Assembly: GCA_021813145.1 (NCBI GenBank) | Contig: JAKALS010000001.1 | Location: 67,515 to 131,514 of the forward strand | Direction: 5' to 3' | Source: a bacterium | Lineage (GTDB): Bacteria; Patescibacteriota; Microgenomatia; Levybacterales; UBA12049 | DNA: 64,000 bases | Part shown: one piece after another, positions 46,598 to 56,529 of the stretch | How positions within the stretch are numbered: the stretch's first letter is position 1 | Layout: every line of letters begins with the position of its first letter | Translations under genes and position numbers: made by a program | Notes under the pieces: generated by a model | Told to the model about the DNA's origin: nothing | The model's database searches: none | The model's input: the letters and a program-made list of their open reading frames with translations, nothing else

Positions 46598-47530
46598 ATG
46601 ATTCAAAGAGACGTTTCTCTTAGGGATTACAGTAACTATAAAATCGGGGGTCCGGCCTCATATTTTTCCGAAGCAAACTCCAAAGAAGAGCTTATAGAAT
46701 GTCTTAAGGAATGGAAAGAAACAGGTCTTCAAAAACCGGTATTTGTCTTGGGAAAAGGTACGAATCTTCTGATAAGCGACAATGGTTTTGACGGATTCGT
46801 AATTCGCAATTCGATAAAAGGCCTTAGTAAAAATGGAAATCTGATAACAACAGGAGCAGGCGAGCTTATGTCGGATGTGCTTAGTTTTTGTACAGTTAAT
46901 TCGTTGTCGGGACTTGAATGGGCCGGCGGACTTCCCGGAACGATAGGAGGAGCGGTGAGAGGGAATGCAGGTGCCTTCGGGGGCGAGACAAAGGATAGCG
47001 TATTCGAAGTTTTGAGCATAGACATAAATACTTTCGAAGAGAAAAGAAGAGCAAATCGGGATTGTTTATTTGATTACAGGTACAGTATCTTTAAAGGCGA
47101 GGCAAAAAATGAAATTGTAATTTCCGTAAGTCTGGAACTGAAACCCGGGGAGAAGGATTTGATAAAAAAATTAACAGAGGAGAGAATAAATTATAGAAGA
47201 GAAAAACATCCCATGGAATATCCCAACATCGGAAGCACGTTCAAAAATATAAGAAAAGAAAAAATTCCCGTGAAATTCAGAGAAGAGCTTATGCAATATG
47301 CCAAGGATGATCCGTTCCCTATAATTCCGGTTGCAAAAGTTCTTTACCTATGCGGATTAAAAGGAGAAAGGGAAGGGGATGCTCAGATTTCCGAAAAGCA
47401 CCCTAATTTTATAATTAATTTAGGAAATGCAAAATATGAAGATGTTATTAAACTTATTAATTTTGCAAAACAGACGGTACGGGAAAAATATGAGATAGAA
47501 CTCGAAGAGGAGATAATGTATTTAAAATGA
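46598..47530 (+). CDS. murB: UDP-N-acetylenolpyruvoylglucosamine reductase
   Basis: FAD-binding N-domain (YKIGGPASYF, VLGKGTNLLISD) and C-terminal MurB domain. Confidence 0.85.
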   Translation: MIQRDVSLRDYSNYKIGGPASYFSEANSKEELIECLKEWKETGLQKPVFVLGKGTNLLISDNGFDGFVIRNSIKGLSKNGNLITTGAGELMSDVLSFCTVNSLSGLEWAGGLPGTIGGAVRGNAGAFGGETKDSVFEVLSIDINTFEEKRRANRDCLFDYRYSIFKGEAKNEIVISVSLELKPGEKDLIKKLTEERINYRREKHPMEYPNIGSTFKNIRKEKIPVKFREELMQYAKDDPFPIIPVAKVLYLCGLKGEREGDAQISEKHPNFIINLGNAKYEDVIKLINFAKQTVREKYEIELEEEIMYLK

Positions 47531-48237
47531 GCGAAGAAGAGGCAAAAAAATATCACGAAAAACAAAAAATAGACTCTCCGCAGTATAGGGCAAATCTTGA
47601 AGCATCAAAAGAAGTGGCCTTCAGATTTGCAATGGATAACAGGGAACTTTTAGAGCAGGCAAGAGAAAAGGTCTTCATAGCAACAGTCGGTTTTACTCAT
47701 AGCGGAAAAACAGTAATTGTCAATGAACTTAAAAAAAGAGTTCCTTATCTTGTAAGCGTAAATTCCAATCAGATACATTCTGTTATCGATGTAAAGTTTA
47801 CAGAGCTTGCAGATGATAACTCTATTACGGGAAAAGGATATTACTTGCGTAACATTATTACAGAGGAAATAAGAGAGTATCTGATAGAAAGGCTTTCCGA
47901 AGAAGGCTGGTGGATAGCAAGCGATTCGGCAAACCTTAAAAGAAACGAGAGAATGCAAAGGTTTCAGGTTCCGAGAAGACTGGGGTATAAGACAATAATA
48001 TTATGGATAGATTTACCCCAGGAAGAAATCGCACGACGCGTAATGGAGGCGGATAAAGAGGAACAAAGAGCAGGGAAAATTCCGGTCTGGTTCGATCTTT
48101 TTGAAAAAGTGCAAAAACCGGCTTTTGAAAAACCGGAGGAAGGCGAAGCCGATGTTATAATATCTGCCGAAAACGAGTCGTTTGTAATAGATATGATTAT
48201 GAACAACTTAAATAATTTTAAAGGGGGTGATAACTAA
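47527..48237 (+). CDS. P-loop kinase-like protein (AAA_33 / zeta-toxin-like fold?)
   Basis: Walker A GFTHSGKT. ATGA overlap with murB, and TAATG overlap with the downstream DUF3467 gene. Confidence 0.5.
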   Translation: MSEEEAKKYHEKQKIDSPQYRANLEASKEVAFRFAMDNRELLEQAREKVFIATVGFTHSGKTVIVNELKKRVPYLVSVNSNQIHSVIDVKFTELADDNSITGKGYYLRNIITEEIREYLIERLSEEGWWIASDSANLKRNERMQRFQVPRRLGYKTIILWIDLPQEEIARRVMEADKEEQRAGKIPVWFDLFEKVQKPAFEKPEEGEADVIISAENESFVIDMIMNNLNNFKGGDN

Positions 48238-48491
48238 TGGCTGATGAACAAAATCAAGTTTCTGTCGATATAAATCTTGAGACCACACCTATTTACTATA
48301 CGGATAATGTTTCCATAAATGCTAATGAAGACGGTGTTGTTTTTGATTTTATACAAAGAGTAGGGAATACAAACAGGGCAAAAGTTGTAACAAGAGTGGG
48401 GATGAGCAGGGTTCATGCAAAGAAATTTGCGAGCGAGCTGGGGAGACTTCTTGCGATAACCGAAGAAGGAAAGAAAGAAGGTAAAAATTAA
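48237..48491 (+). CDS. DUF3467 family protein
   Basis: ...IYYTDNVSINANEDGVVFDF...AKVVTRVGMSRVHAKKFASEL pattern recalled for DUF3467. SD AAGGGGGTGA. Confidence 0.55.
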   Translation: MADEQNQVSVDINLETTPIYYTDNVSINANEDGVVFDFIQRVGNTNRAKVVTRVGMSRVHAKKFASELGRLLAITEEGKKEGKN

Positions 48492-49180
48492 GTTTCGTAT
48501 CCCGGGAAAAAATCTTCCCTTATATTCTCAGGCAATGCTCCTGTTTCTTTTAACGTAGAACTTAAAGCCTCCACCATCGGCTCCGGACCGGAAATGTAAA
48601 AAATTGGGCTATGTAAACCGGAAACGTTTTCTTTAATTATCTCTTTGTCTATTCTTTCCGTAAGGTAGATTATTTCCAAACCTTCAAGATTATTCGTTAT
48701 TTCGTCTAATTCTTCTTTGAGTGGGATTAATCCGCTTTTATTGGAGTAGAGAAGAGTAATATTAATAGGGCCTTCTTTGGCTGTTGAGTGGGTATGGTTG
48801 AATTCTTTAAGAATAGAGTAGAAAGGAGTAATCCCTATTCCCCCGGCCAAAAAAACATAATTTTTTTTAGGATCGTCTATTACAAAATGACCGTCGGGCC
48901 CTTTTGCACTCATAGTATCTCCCTGTTTCAAGTTCATGAGTGCCTTTTTAAACGAGCTTCCTTTTTCTGTATTTATTCTCGTGGTAATTGAAGGGTTTTT
49001 CTCAAAAGGTGCGGAAGAAATGGTAAAAAATCTCATCTTTCCCCTCACGTCCTCATTCTTATGGGAAAGAGAGTAAATAAGAAATTGTCCGGCTTGCCAG
49101 GTAAGCGGAGACTCAGGCTTAAATCTGAATGTCCAAACGTCTTCGGTTTCCGGAATTTTATCTAAAAGGGTAAGCTGCAT
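48488..49180 (-). CDS. FNR-like FAD/NAD(P)-binding oxidoreductase (stand-alone)
   Basis: RFFTISSAP (R-x-[FY]-[ST]), GGIGITPF and the C-terminal PENIREDFFPGYET, which is nearly identical to the end of the 23883..25409 fusion. Confidence 0.7.
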   Translation of the reverse strand: MQLTLLDKIPETEDVWTFRFKPESPLTWQAGQFLIYSLSHKNEDVRGKMRFFTISSAPFEKNPSITTRINTEKGSSFKKALMNLKQGDTMSAKGPDGHFVIDDPKKNYVFLAGGIGITPFYSILKEFNHTHSTAKEGPINITLLYSNKSGLIPLKEELDEITNNLEGLEIIYLTERIDKEIIKENVSGLHSPIFYISGPEPMVEALSSTLKETGALPENIREDFFPGYET

Positions 49181-49198
49181 GGGAACATCTTACTACTA

Positions 49199-49262
49199 CA
49201 ATTTTCAATTTCCAAGTATCAATTTTCAAAAATGAAAAATGTAAATTGCCAAATGTAAATTG
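49199..49262. promoter_or_regulatory. Two pairs of direct repeats in divergent promoter region (caattttcaa x2, aaatgtaaattg x2)
   Basis: 10-bp repeats at 49199 and 49220. 12-bp repeats at 49237 and 49251. Between the FNR-like gene and the kef-like gene. Confidence 0.3.
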
Positions 49263-49278
49263 TTTATGTATCATTTAA

Positions 49279-50970
49279 ATGATGGCTAATTTTTTCTTTG
49301 AGATAACGGTCATTATCTGCTTTGCTGCAGTCCTTTCCATAATATTTCGAATCTTCAAGCAGCCGGAAATTTTAGCTTATATTCTTACAGGAATTCTTAT
49401 CGGCCCATTAGGCCTTTTTAGGGTGAGCGACCAGGCAAGCCTTTCGGCCATGTCGCAGCTTGGCATTACTCTTCTTCTTTTTATGGTCGGCTTAGAGATA
49501 AGAATTTCCGACCTGATGTCCTTGGGAAAAACTCTTATTATTGCGGCCGTGGGACAGATTATTCTAACTTTTTCGGCGGCTTTTATCGTTTCCCAGTTTT
49601 TCGGTTTTAATCCTATTTCCTCGATTTATGTAAGTATGGCTCTTACTTTTTCCAGCACCATAATAATTGTCAAGATACTTTCCGATAAAAGGGATATGCA
49701 TAGTCTTTACGCAAAAATTTCTCTTGCTATACTTTTGGCACAGGATCTTTTGGCAATACTTGCCCTTATGTTTTTATCGGGCTTTAACAGCGAGACAGGG
49801 GGTTTAGGTTCTCTTCTGGATTTCGCTCTAGTTGCTGTAAAAGCAGTAGTACTTTTTGAAACGGTAATATTTTTAAGCAGGAATGTTTTTCCTAGAATTG
49901 TCGAAATCATTGCAAAGTCTTCGGAAACTCTTTTTCTTGTAAGTATTGCCTGGGTATTTGGATTGGCTGCTCTCGTCAGTTCTCCTCCAATAGGATTTTC
50001 CATAGAAATAGGAGGATTTCTGGCCGGACTTTCGCTTGCAAACTCGATGGCTAATTACCAGATAATTGCGAAAGCAAAGATATTAAGAGATTTTTTTATT
50101 GTAATATTTTTTGTCCTTTTGGGAATGCAGATGAGCTTTGCAAATTTGTCCCAAAGCCTTGTTCCTGCAATAATACTTTCGATTTTTGTACTCTTATTAA
50201 AACCCTTTATTGTTATGGTAATGCTAGGCCTTTTAGGTTATAGAAAAAGAACATCTTTTCTAACAGGTTTCACCCTTTCTCAGATTTCCGAGTTTTCGTT
50301 AATCCTTGCATTTGTAGGACTAAAGCTTGGACATATATCACAAAATATAGTTTCGATAATTACTATTACGGGGATAATAACTTTTACCATTTCGACATAT
50401 CTTGTCTCGAACGGAAACAGGCTATATCTTCTGGTAAATAAAAGACTTAATTTCCTGGAAATAAAGAATAAAAAGAAAGACGAGATGGAAGTTTCGGACG
50501 GATTCGACAATCTCAAGGACCACATAGTTATAATAGGAGGAGATCAGATGGGGCAGAGTATTGTTGATGCCTTGGAAGACCTTGATCAGGACGTTGTGGT
50601 AATAGATTTTGACCCGGAAATTGTCAAAAAAATTGAAGGACGGAATATTCACAGACTTTTCGGAGACATTTCCGATTTAGATATTCAGGAAAGGGCACAG
50701 CTGGATGAGGCAAAACTTGTAATATCTACAATACCTGATATAGAAGATAATCTTTTGTTGTTAAAAGAACTTCAACACGAAAACAGGAAAGCCAAGGTTG
50801 TTGTTATGGCGCTTGATACAAGAGACGCAAAAGAATTATACAAAGCAAAAGCCGATTATGTAATTTTACCTCACTTGGCCGGCGGGATGCATATTGCAAA
50901 AGTTTTAGTAGAAGGGGATTGGGAGAAGATAGAAAGACTTAAGAAGAAAGATTTGGAGTATCTGAACTGA
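49279..50970 (+). CDS. Cation:proton antiporter (CPA2/Kef-type) with C-terminal TrkA-N (RCK) domain
   Basis: About 12 TMs. RCK Rossmann motif [29 protein letters not shown]. Confidence 0.85.
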   Translation: MMANFFFEITVIICFAAVLSIIFRIFKQPEILAYILTGILIGPLGLFRVSDQASLSAMSQLGITLLLFMVGLEIRISDLMSLGKTLIIAAVGQIILTFSAAFIVSQFFGFNPISSIYVSMALTFSSTIIIVKILSDKRDMHSLYAKISLAILLAQDLLAILALMFLSGFNSETGGLGSLLDFALVAVKAVVLFETVIFLSRNVFPRIVEIIAKSSETLFLVSIAWVFGLAALVSSPPIGFSIEIGGFLAGLSLANSMANYQIIAKAKILRDFFIVIFFVLLGMQMSFANLSQSLVPAIILSIFVLLLKPFIVMVMLGLLGYRKRTSFLTGFTLSQISEFSLILAFVGLKLGHISQNIVSIITITGIITFTISTYLVSNGNRLYLLVNKRLNFLEIKNKKKDEMEVSDGFDNLKDHIVIIGGDQMGQSIVDALEDLDQDVVVIDFDPEIVKKIEGRNIHRLFGDISDLDIQERAQLDEAKLVISTIPDIEDNLLLLKELQHENRKAKVVVMALDTRDAKELYKAKADYVILPHLAGGMHIAKVLVEGDWEKIERLKKKDLEYLN

Positions 50971-51844
50971 TCTCAAGTTCTTTCATGCCGCCTATAACTT
51001 CGCCCAGATTTCCGTCCAAAATTCCCTCAAGGTTATGGAAAGATTTGTTGATTCTATGATCGGTTAATCTGTCCTGTGGAAAGTTGTAAGTCCTTATTTT
51101 TTCCGCTCTCATTCCGTGTCCTACCTGTGTTGCCTTAAGTCCGGCAATTTCGCCGTGCTGTTTTTCTACTTCGATTTCCCAAAGTTTTGCCCTTAACATT
51201 TCCATTGCAAGCTCACGGTTTTGCGCCTGGAACCTTTGAGTCTGGCAGGTTACAACAATTCCCGTAGGTTTATGTATAAGTCTTACGGCTGTAGAGACTT
51301 TGTTTACATTTTGTCCTCCGTGTCCTCCCGAGCGGAATGCTTCAAAAATAACATCATCGGGGTTGATGTGCAGGTCTATATCTTCAAGTTCGGGAAGTAC
51401 CGAAACTGTTGCTGTTGACGTATGGACTCTTCCTCTTTTTTCCGTAACCGGAACTCTTTGAACGCGGTGAACTCCCGCTTCGTACTTGAGCATTTCAAAG
51501 GCTCCGTTTCCCGAAATTTTTATAACATTTTCGTCCAGCTGTTCAACATTAAGCCCTTTAATTTCGGCAAAGCGCATGTACATTCTTAAAAGCTCCTGCC
51601 CCCAGAGTTTTGCCTCTTCGCCTCCGGCGGCTCCGGAAACTTCCAGAATTACATTTCTTGTATCGAGTTCGCCTCCCTTATTTTCTTCTTCCCCCCCGAA
51701 AGTCGCCATTATATTCTGCTTTTGTTTTTCCAATTCGGCTATTTCCGCTTGTGCCATCTCCGCAAGCGTGGGATCTGCCAGAAGAGTCTTTGTTTCCTCA
51801 ATTTTTTTGTCGAGTTCCTGAAGTTGTATTTCTCTGTAATCCAT
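50939..51844 (-). CDS. prfA: Peptide chain release factor 1 (short form)
   Basis: GGQ motif ([11 protein letters not shown]). [17 protein letters not shown] contains the RF1-type P-x-T tripeptide rather than the RF2 SPF. SD GGAGG. Confidence 0.8.
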   Translation of the reverse strand: MDYREIQLQELDKKIEETKTLLADPTLAEMAQAEIAELEKQKQNIMATFGGEEENKGGELDTRNVILEVSGAAGGEEAKLWGQELLRMYMRFAEIKGLNVEQLDENVIKISGNGAFEMLKYEAGVHRVQRVPVTEKRGRVHTSTATVSVLPELEDIDLHINPDDVIFEAFRSGGHGGQNVNKVSTAVRLIHKPTGIVVTCQTQRFQAQNRELAMEMLRAKLWEIEVEKQHGEIAGLKATQVGHGMRAEKIRTYNFPQDRLTDHRINKSFHNLEGILDGNLGEVIGGMKELEISSDTPNLSS

Positions 51845-51862
51845 GGGGGACCTCCGTTTTAT

Positions 51863-52156
51863 CTACTTGAGAGCTTCAAGCATTTCACGGAGAGTCTTGG
51901 GAGCATTATCTTCTCTTGGAGCCTGTTTTTCTTTTTTCTTTGCAATATATTGGGCTGCAGCCTGCTGTTTTTGCTGGAACCTTTGAATCTTTGATTTGGA
52001 ATCTACAAACCTTTGCTCACCTGTATAAAAAGGATGGCATTTGCTGCAAAGTTCCACTCTAATTACCTCCTGTGTGGAGCCTGTCGTAAAGGTGTTTCCG
52101 CACTGGCAAATAACGGTTGCATTCGGATAAAATTGTGGGTGGATTGCCTGTTTCAT
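51863..52156 (-). CDS. rpmE: 50S ribosomal protein L31
   Basis: MKQAIHPQFY...CQCGN...CSKCHPFYTG C4 zinc ribbon of L31, with an extended C-terminus. Confidence 0.85.
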   Translation of the reverse strand: MKQAIHPQFYPNATVICQCGNTFTTGSTQEVIRVELCSKCHPFYTGEQRFVDSKSKIQRFQQKQQAAAQYIAKKKEKQAPREDNAPKTLREMLEALK

Positions 52157-52206
52157 AACCTAGTAATTATACAGGAATTCCGAATGTAAGGCAAGCATTT
52201 AGTATT

Positions 52207-52656
52207 TTGTATTTGGCATTCGGTAGAGCTATAATCACATTTATGAGTAGTTCCGAAATTCCGCAGGAATATCGTGTTGTAATGTTAAACCATAACAGGG
52301 CAAGAGTTAAGTTTTTAAGGGAAAAATTGGAGGAGTACTTAGACCGGTTAAATCCGAAACTGAGGACATGGCGGGAGCACCTTATTTTTGAAGCGGGGGA
52401 CTCATATAAAATAGCGTTACTTGAGCCTCTTTTGCGCTACGGAACAATGGATCCCCTAAATGTACGGAGGGAGATAGAAAATCTTACAAGAGATGACTTT
52501 AGTCCCGTTACATTTGATAACTCACTGTTTGTTGTTGATGACTATAATAGGACGGGAGGAAAAAATCTTTATAAAAGAGTACCGAGCGAAATACCCAACT
52601 CAAGTTTACCCGAGGGAACTACCATCCACCCTGTTTTTGTAAGAAGGCGCCAATAG
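52207..52656 (+). CDS. Hypothetical protein
   Basis: 149-aa ORF (start may be MSSSEIPQ at 52243). First gene of a co-oriented hypothetical block. Confidence 0.3.
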   Translation: MYLAFGRAIITFMSSSEIPQEYRVVMLNHNRARVKFLREKLEEYLDRLNPKLRTWREHLIFEAGDSYKIALLEPLLRYGTMDPLNVRREIENLTRDDFSPVTFDNSLFVVDDYNRTGGKNLYKRVPSEIPNSSLPEGTTIHPVFVRRRQ

Positions 52657-52673
52657 TAGTATAATTTGCCCCT

Positions 52674-52925
52674 ATGTTAGGAAGGGAAGTGGAGCCGATA
52701 GAAATTATAGATTCAAATCCCAGGGAAAGGAATTTTTGCTATATTGCGCCCCTTTCGGTTGGTAAAAGCCTTACCGTCATTTTAGACCTTGAAAAAAAAT
52801 TATCTGAAGGCAATCTCTCCCAAACACAATGGGAAAAATTAATTCATAGACATATCGTAGAGTGGGGAAGACTGCCCGATTATTATAAGTCCGAACTTTG
52901 CGATGCCGACAATATCGCTTTTTAA
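52674..52925 (+). CDS. Hypothetical protein
   Basis: 83-aa ORF. Confidence 0.3.
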   Translation: MLGREVEPIEIIDSNPRERNFCYIAPLSVGKSLTVILDLEKKLSEGNLSQTQWEKLIHRHIVEWGRLPDYYKSELCDADNIAF

Positions 52926-53296
52926 TGCATTCTTCGCTTTTCGCGTTTGTGTACAAACCTGACTTTTCGTGGTTTGGGAGACACATCAGTTTTTATATCC
53001 ATGTCAAAATGTTCTCCGTCTTTTAAATCCGCAAGAGGTATTTCCGTTCCAAAAATAAAAACAGCTCTATCTTTCCTGTTTACAGTATCAATTCCAGGCT
53101 CAGACCTTGTTATCGTTGAGTGCGAATCGTCGTTTGCGCATCTAAAAATTATTATGTCCCTTCTTGTCCCCTGATTATGGGAAAGAGTTCCGGGACTGTC
53201 TCCGGGTCTGACTTCGGCATATTTAATCCATTTATCTTCATCTTTTCCGTTTTCGGGAACTCTTGGATTCCGTATCCATAATTCAAGAGGTGACAT
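52922..53296 (-). CDS. Hypothetical protein (basic C-terminus)
   Basis: 124-aa ORF. Preferred over the overlapping + strand 75-aa ORF on composition. No clear SD. Confidence 0.3.
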   Translation of the reverse strand: MSPLELWIRNPRVPENGKDEDKWIKYAEVRPGDSPGTLSHNQGTRRDIIIFRCANDDSHSTITRSEPGIDTVNRKDRAVFIFGTEIPLADLKDGEHFDMDIKTDVSPKPRKVRFVHKREKRRMH

Positions 53297-53618
53297 ACAC
53301 TTAGATTATATTCCAGCTGTCAAGTGAAATTTTTCCTGAAAGGCTTTCTACTATTAGGAGAAAGAGCTGCCGTAATGAGGGGTATGTCTTGCTCCGATTA
53401 CCCGTTGAGCCTGGGATTGTATAATATCCGGATTTCTTTCAAAAACAGTATTGAGGGCAACAGGTTTTCGGGAAAAGGCTTCTTTTTTTACTTTTTCCCC
53501 GCCTTGTGCCGCTTCAGGTTCACTTTGCCTTTCAAGCTCCGCCATGATTGGATAATAGCATAAATTTTTTCCGTGTCAAATTTGCTTTTGCAGGATTACA
53601 AGTCTATAATCTTTTTCT

Positions 53619-53936
53619 ATGACAAAAGCAGAGGGGGATAAAGATCCCAGATTTGCCCAAGTTACAATTTTAGGAGAAGTGCACGTAAAAGACGTGGTTC
53701 TTGGTGCTGCAATAGCAGGGGCAACGGACCCGGAGATGATGGAAGAGGCAATAGAAAGTTTACATGACAGATATGGGGTAGAGGTCATAGATATAAAAGA
53801 AGTTCCAAATGCACAACGGGATAGGCTTATTCCCTCAGGCGGAACAACTATTATTTTCTCAGCGGAAGCATGGAGAGCTCCTTGGCAGCCGAAGGGCCCG
53901 ACCCCAAACTGGAGAGGAAAAGAACCCATACAATGA
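53619..53936 (+). CDS. Hypothetical protein, upstream member of a translationally coupled pair
   Basis: 105 aa. TATAAT box 9 nt upstream of the ATG. The stop overlaps the next start (ATGA). Confidence 0.35.
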   Translation: MTKAEGDKDPRFAQVTILGEVHVKDVVLGAAIAGATDPEMMEEAIESLHDRYGVEVIDIKEVPNAQRDRLIPSGGTTIIFSAEAWRAPWQPKGPTPNWRGKEPIQ

Positions 53937-54196
53937 GCGCAGAAATTATCGCATTGACGGCTGTTCAAATGAGAATCACTCCCTTAGTAAGCGAAGTAAC
54001 CTACAGTTCGAGGATTATTCCGGAGGAAGAAGCCCAAAAAACTGCTAAAGCGGTTTTCGGGGGAAAAGGAGCAACAAATGTTAATCTTATATATCCTAAA
54101 GGAGAAAGTGTTTCTTTTATGTTATGGCAGGTAGAATGGAATCATTTAAAGGCCGAACAAAGGCCGCCGCTAGAGGGAAATTTTTCCAAAAATTAG
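53934..54196 (+). CDS. Hypothetical protein, downstream member of the coupled pair
   Basis: Starts MSAEIIALTAVQM at an ATG overlapping the previous TGA. The ORF track lists a longer form from 53870. Confidence 0.35.
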
Positions 54197-54246
54197 TCCT
54201 ATATTGTTGACAAAAAGTTTTATTTTTTGTAAAATCCCATTCGTTT

Positions 54247-54816
54247 ATGGCACTTGCAATAGAAAGAGAACAGTTAAGAACTCCAACACCCAGAGAAAGG
54301 TACTACAGGGTGCTAGGGAGATATTTTCCAGATTTGACTCCGGAAAAAAGGTTGGCGGATACAACTACAGTTCCCGCCGTCGTATTCTTTCAAGACCCGG
54401 AAAAACCCGAAACTACTTTTAAGATGCCTGCTCTCTTGGACAAATTATTTAAAAGTACACAATTGCCCGGCGCTAAAGGACAATTAAGGGATATAGTTTT
54501 TAGTCCCTATGATGTAAGTATCCATGTTAGGGAAACTTTCAGCGGTTATTCCCAGGAAATGCGGGCACTTTTGGAAGCCGGGGTTGAAAACCGTAAGGAA
54601 TTTAAAAAGATACATGACATTGACAGAAGTTTTCTCCATACACTGACTGTCAATCTTGAAGATTCAAGAGTTATTGCAACGTCTGAATTTAAAGTTATAG
54701 CCCGGGAAGTTTATAAAACGAAAAAACAAGAAATTATTACTCCGCAGGGAATTATGGAAGAACTTACAGGTCTTTTAGAACATATCGGATCAAAGGAGCT
54801 TTCCTCTACAAAGTAA
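54247..54816 (+). CDS. Hypothetical protein
   Basis: 189-aa ORF with globular composition. Confidence 0.4.
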   Translation: MALAIEREQLRTPTPRERYYRVLGRYFPDLTPEKRLADTTTVPAVVFFQDPEKPETTFKMPALLDKLFKSTQLPGAKGQLRDIVFSPYDVSIHVRETFSGYSQEMRALLEAGVENRKEFKKIHDIDRSFLHTLTVNLEDSRVIATSEFKVIAREVYKTKKQEIITPQGIMEELTGLLEHIGSKELSSTK

Positions 54817-54863
54817 TATTTCTCACTTTTTACCCCCAAATCTTCTGATAAAATTTTGCCCGT

Positions 54864-55292
54864 ATGGAAGACGAAACTTATTTTGACAGAAGAGATCATA
54901 TAAGAATACGCGAAATGAAAGTAAATCCTAAATTTCGGACTAAAGTCAGACCTCATCAGCCCCATGAGCACAAAGAAAAACGGGACAAAGAAAAACCACA
55001 CGGGAATTTGAAAGAGCAAAGAAGAATGGTGGCAAACTTTAGCACTGTTGAGCTTTTGGAGGTATATTCGTGGATGGAGAAGGTAAGTGGGAGTTTCCCG
55101 GATTTAACTGTAGATAGTGCCCTTGAAACCGTGGATGGGCTGGAGGCAAGAAAAAAAATGAGATATGGGATAAAAGCGCTGCTTGAGATTTGCTCCTCGG
55201 GACATGGGCCGCAGGAGGTAAGAAATGTCCTTGTTTGGGAAGAGCCCGATAGGAAGTTGTCCGTGGAACCAAGGTATTTTTCTTCTAAATAG
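54864..55292 (+). CDS. Hypothetical protein
   Basis: 142-aa ORF. Basic His-rich N-terminal half. Confidence 0.4.
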   Translation: MEDETYFDRRDHIRIREMKVNPKFRTKVRPHQPHEHKEKRDKEKPHGNLKEQRRMVANFSTVELLEVYSWMEKVSGSFPDLTVDSALETVDGLEARKKMRYGIKALLEICSSGHGPQEVRNVLVWEEPDRKLSVEPRYFSSK

Positions 55293-55383
55293 CCACAGTT
55301 TTTCTTATATTTTTCTTACTTAAACTTTAACTTCTTGTATAGCACTTCTTATACAATTTTAGGTCTTAAAGGAGGTGATAAAC

Positions 55384-55953
55384 ATGGCAAAAGCAAAGAC
55401 GCTTATAGGTTTATTTCAGGATAAAAGTGACGCCGATTCTGCAGTAGCAGACTTGGAAGATAACGGATATGACCCAAAAGACATGTCCCTAGTAATGATG
55501 CAAACCGAAGAAGATGTAGCTACAAATGACAATGAAGGCAGGCCTAATTACGCTGGAGACATAGGAACAGGCGTAATTGCTGGTGCCGTAATCGGCGGAA
55601 TTGCAGGTTTACTTATAGGAGTAGGTACTCTTGTTATTCCCGGCGTAGGAGCCTTTTTAATAGGAGGTCCTTTGGCCGCGGCGCTTGGATTAACCGGTGC
55701 CGCAGCAACAACAGCCGGCGGAGCCGTTACCGGAGCTTTAGCGGGGGGAATAATAGCAGCCCTTATGGATTTGGGGCTTTCAAGAGGAGAAGCCCAGCAC
55801 TATGAGGCGAGAATAAGGGAAGGGGCTATACTTCTTGCGGTTCCTGCCGAAAACCCGGGGGACGTGGAAGACATACTTTCAAAAAACAACGCCTCCGATA
55901 TAAAAACTCTGCAAGCAGAAACAGAACATGTACATACGCGCATGCATGCCTGA
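55384..55953 (+). CDS. General stress protein (YflT/GSP17M-like N-domain plus glycine-zipper membrane segment)
   Basis: TLIGLFQDKSDADSAVADLEDNGYDPKDMSLV resembles the YflT domain. Gly/Ala-zipper TM region. C-terminal HYEARIREGAILLAV. SD AAAGGAGGTGA. Confidence 0.55.
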   Translation: MAKAKTLIGLFQDKSDADSAVADLEDNGYDPKDMSLVMMQTEEDVATNDNEGRPNYAGDIGTGVIAGAVIGGIAGLLIGVGTLVIPGVGAFLIGGPLAAALGLTGAAATTAGGAVTGALAGGIIAALMDLGLSRGEAQHYEARIREGAILLAVPAENPGDVEDILSKNNASDIKTLQAETEHVHTRMHA

Positions 55954-55960
55954 TAGATTA

Positions 55961-55997
55961 GGAGAGAGGGGACTCTGAAAGGAGCTCCTCTCTTTTA
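55961..55997. terminator. Bidirectional hairpin terminator between convergent genes
   Basis: ggagagagg...cctctctttt. Includes the self-complementary aggagctcct. Confidence 0.4.
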
Positions 55998-56010
55998 TTG
56001 TCTAAACCTT

Positions 56011-56529
56011 TTATGAAAAATGGCATCCGGGATTATTTATTATATCTCTTATTGTTCGAAGAAATATTCTTTCAGTTATTTCTGAGATTTTTACCTTTAT
56101 TCTTTGCAATGATAGATCTTGATCAACTGTTGTTAAATGATCGGGAGTAAGCAAAATGGTTTTATTTTGATTCCAGTTTTGACCCTCATCGGCGACGCCA
56201 AGCGCTAAACCCTCCCAAGATATAAATGCTACTTTCCCAAGGGGATAATCTTTCCCCAAAAAAGTTCTTCCATCCGCTATGATTGCTTTTAATCCTGTAG
56301 CTTTAAAATAAGCGTTTACGTGGGGGAGAAAAATTGCTCTGTTAATCGCAAAAATATTCTCTTCAAGACCTTCATTATCTTTTTCGCTCTCCGCTGTGAT
56401 ACTCAATTCGGCTTCTCTTTGGAAAGTATCTTCCATAGCACATTTTTCAAGTTCCTTTAATTGTTCATTCGTAGGGATTGTTTCCATTTTATTTTGCCGC
56501 GATGTGAATTGAAAAAGAAGGTGCGCCAT
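56011..56529 (-). CDS. Hypothetical protein
   Basis: 172-aa ORF. An alternative start at METIPTNEQ (56487) lies 1 nt after the upstream gene's stop. Confidence 0.4.
   Translation of the reverse strand: MAHLLFQFTSRQNKMETIPTNEQLKELEKCAMEDTFQREAELSITAESEKDNEGLEENIFAINRAIFLPHVNAYFKATGLKAIIADGRTFLGKDYPLGKVAFISWEGLALGVADEGQNWNQNKTILLTPDHLTTVDQDLSLQRIKVKISEITERIFLRTIRDIINNPGCHFS

Noticed and set aside
53576-53968. 130-aa minus-strand ORF overlapping 53619-53936
   Set aside because: It is Cys/Ser-rich and antisense to a + strand ORF whose stop/start overlap (ATGA) with the next gene indicates real + strand coding.
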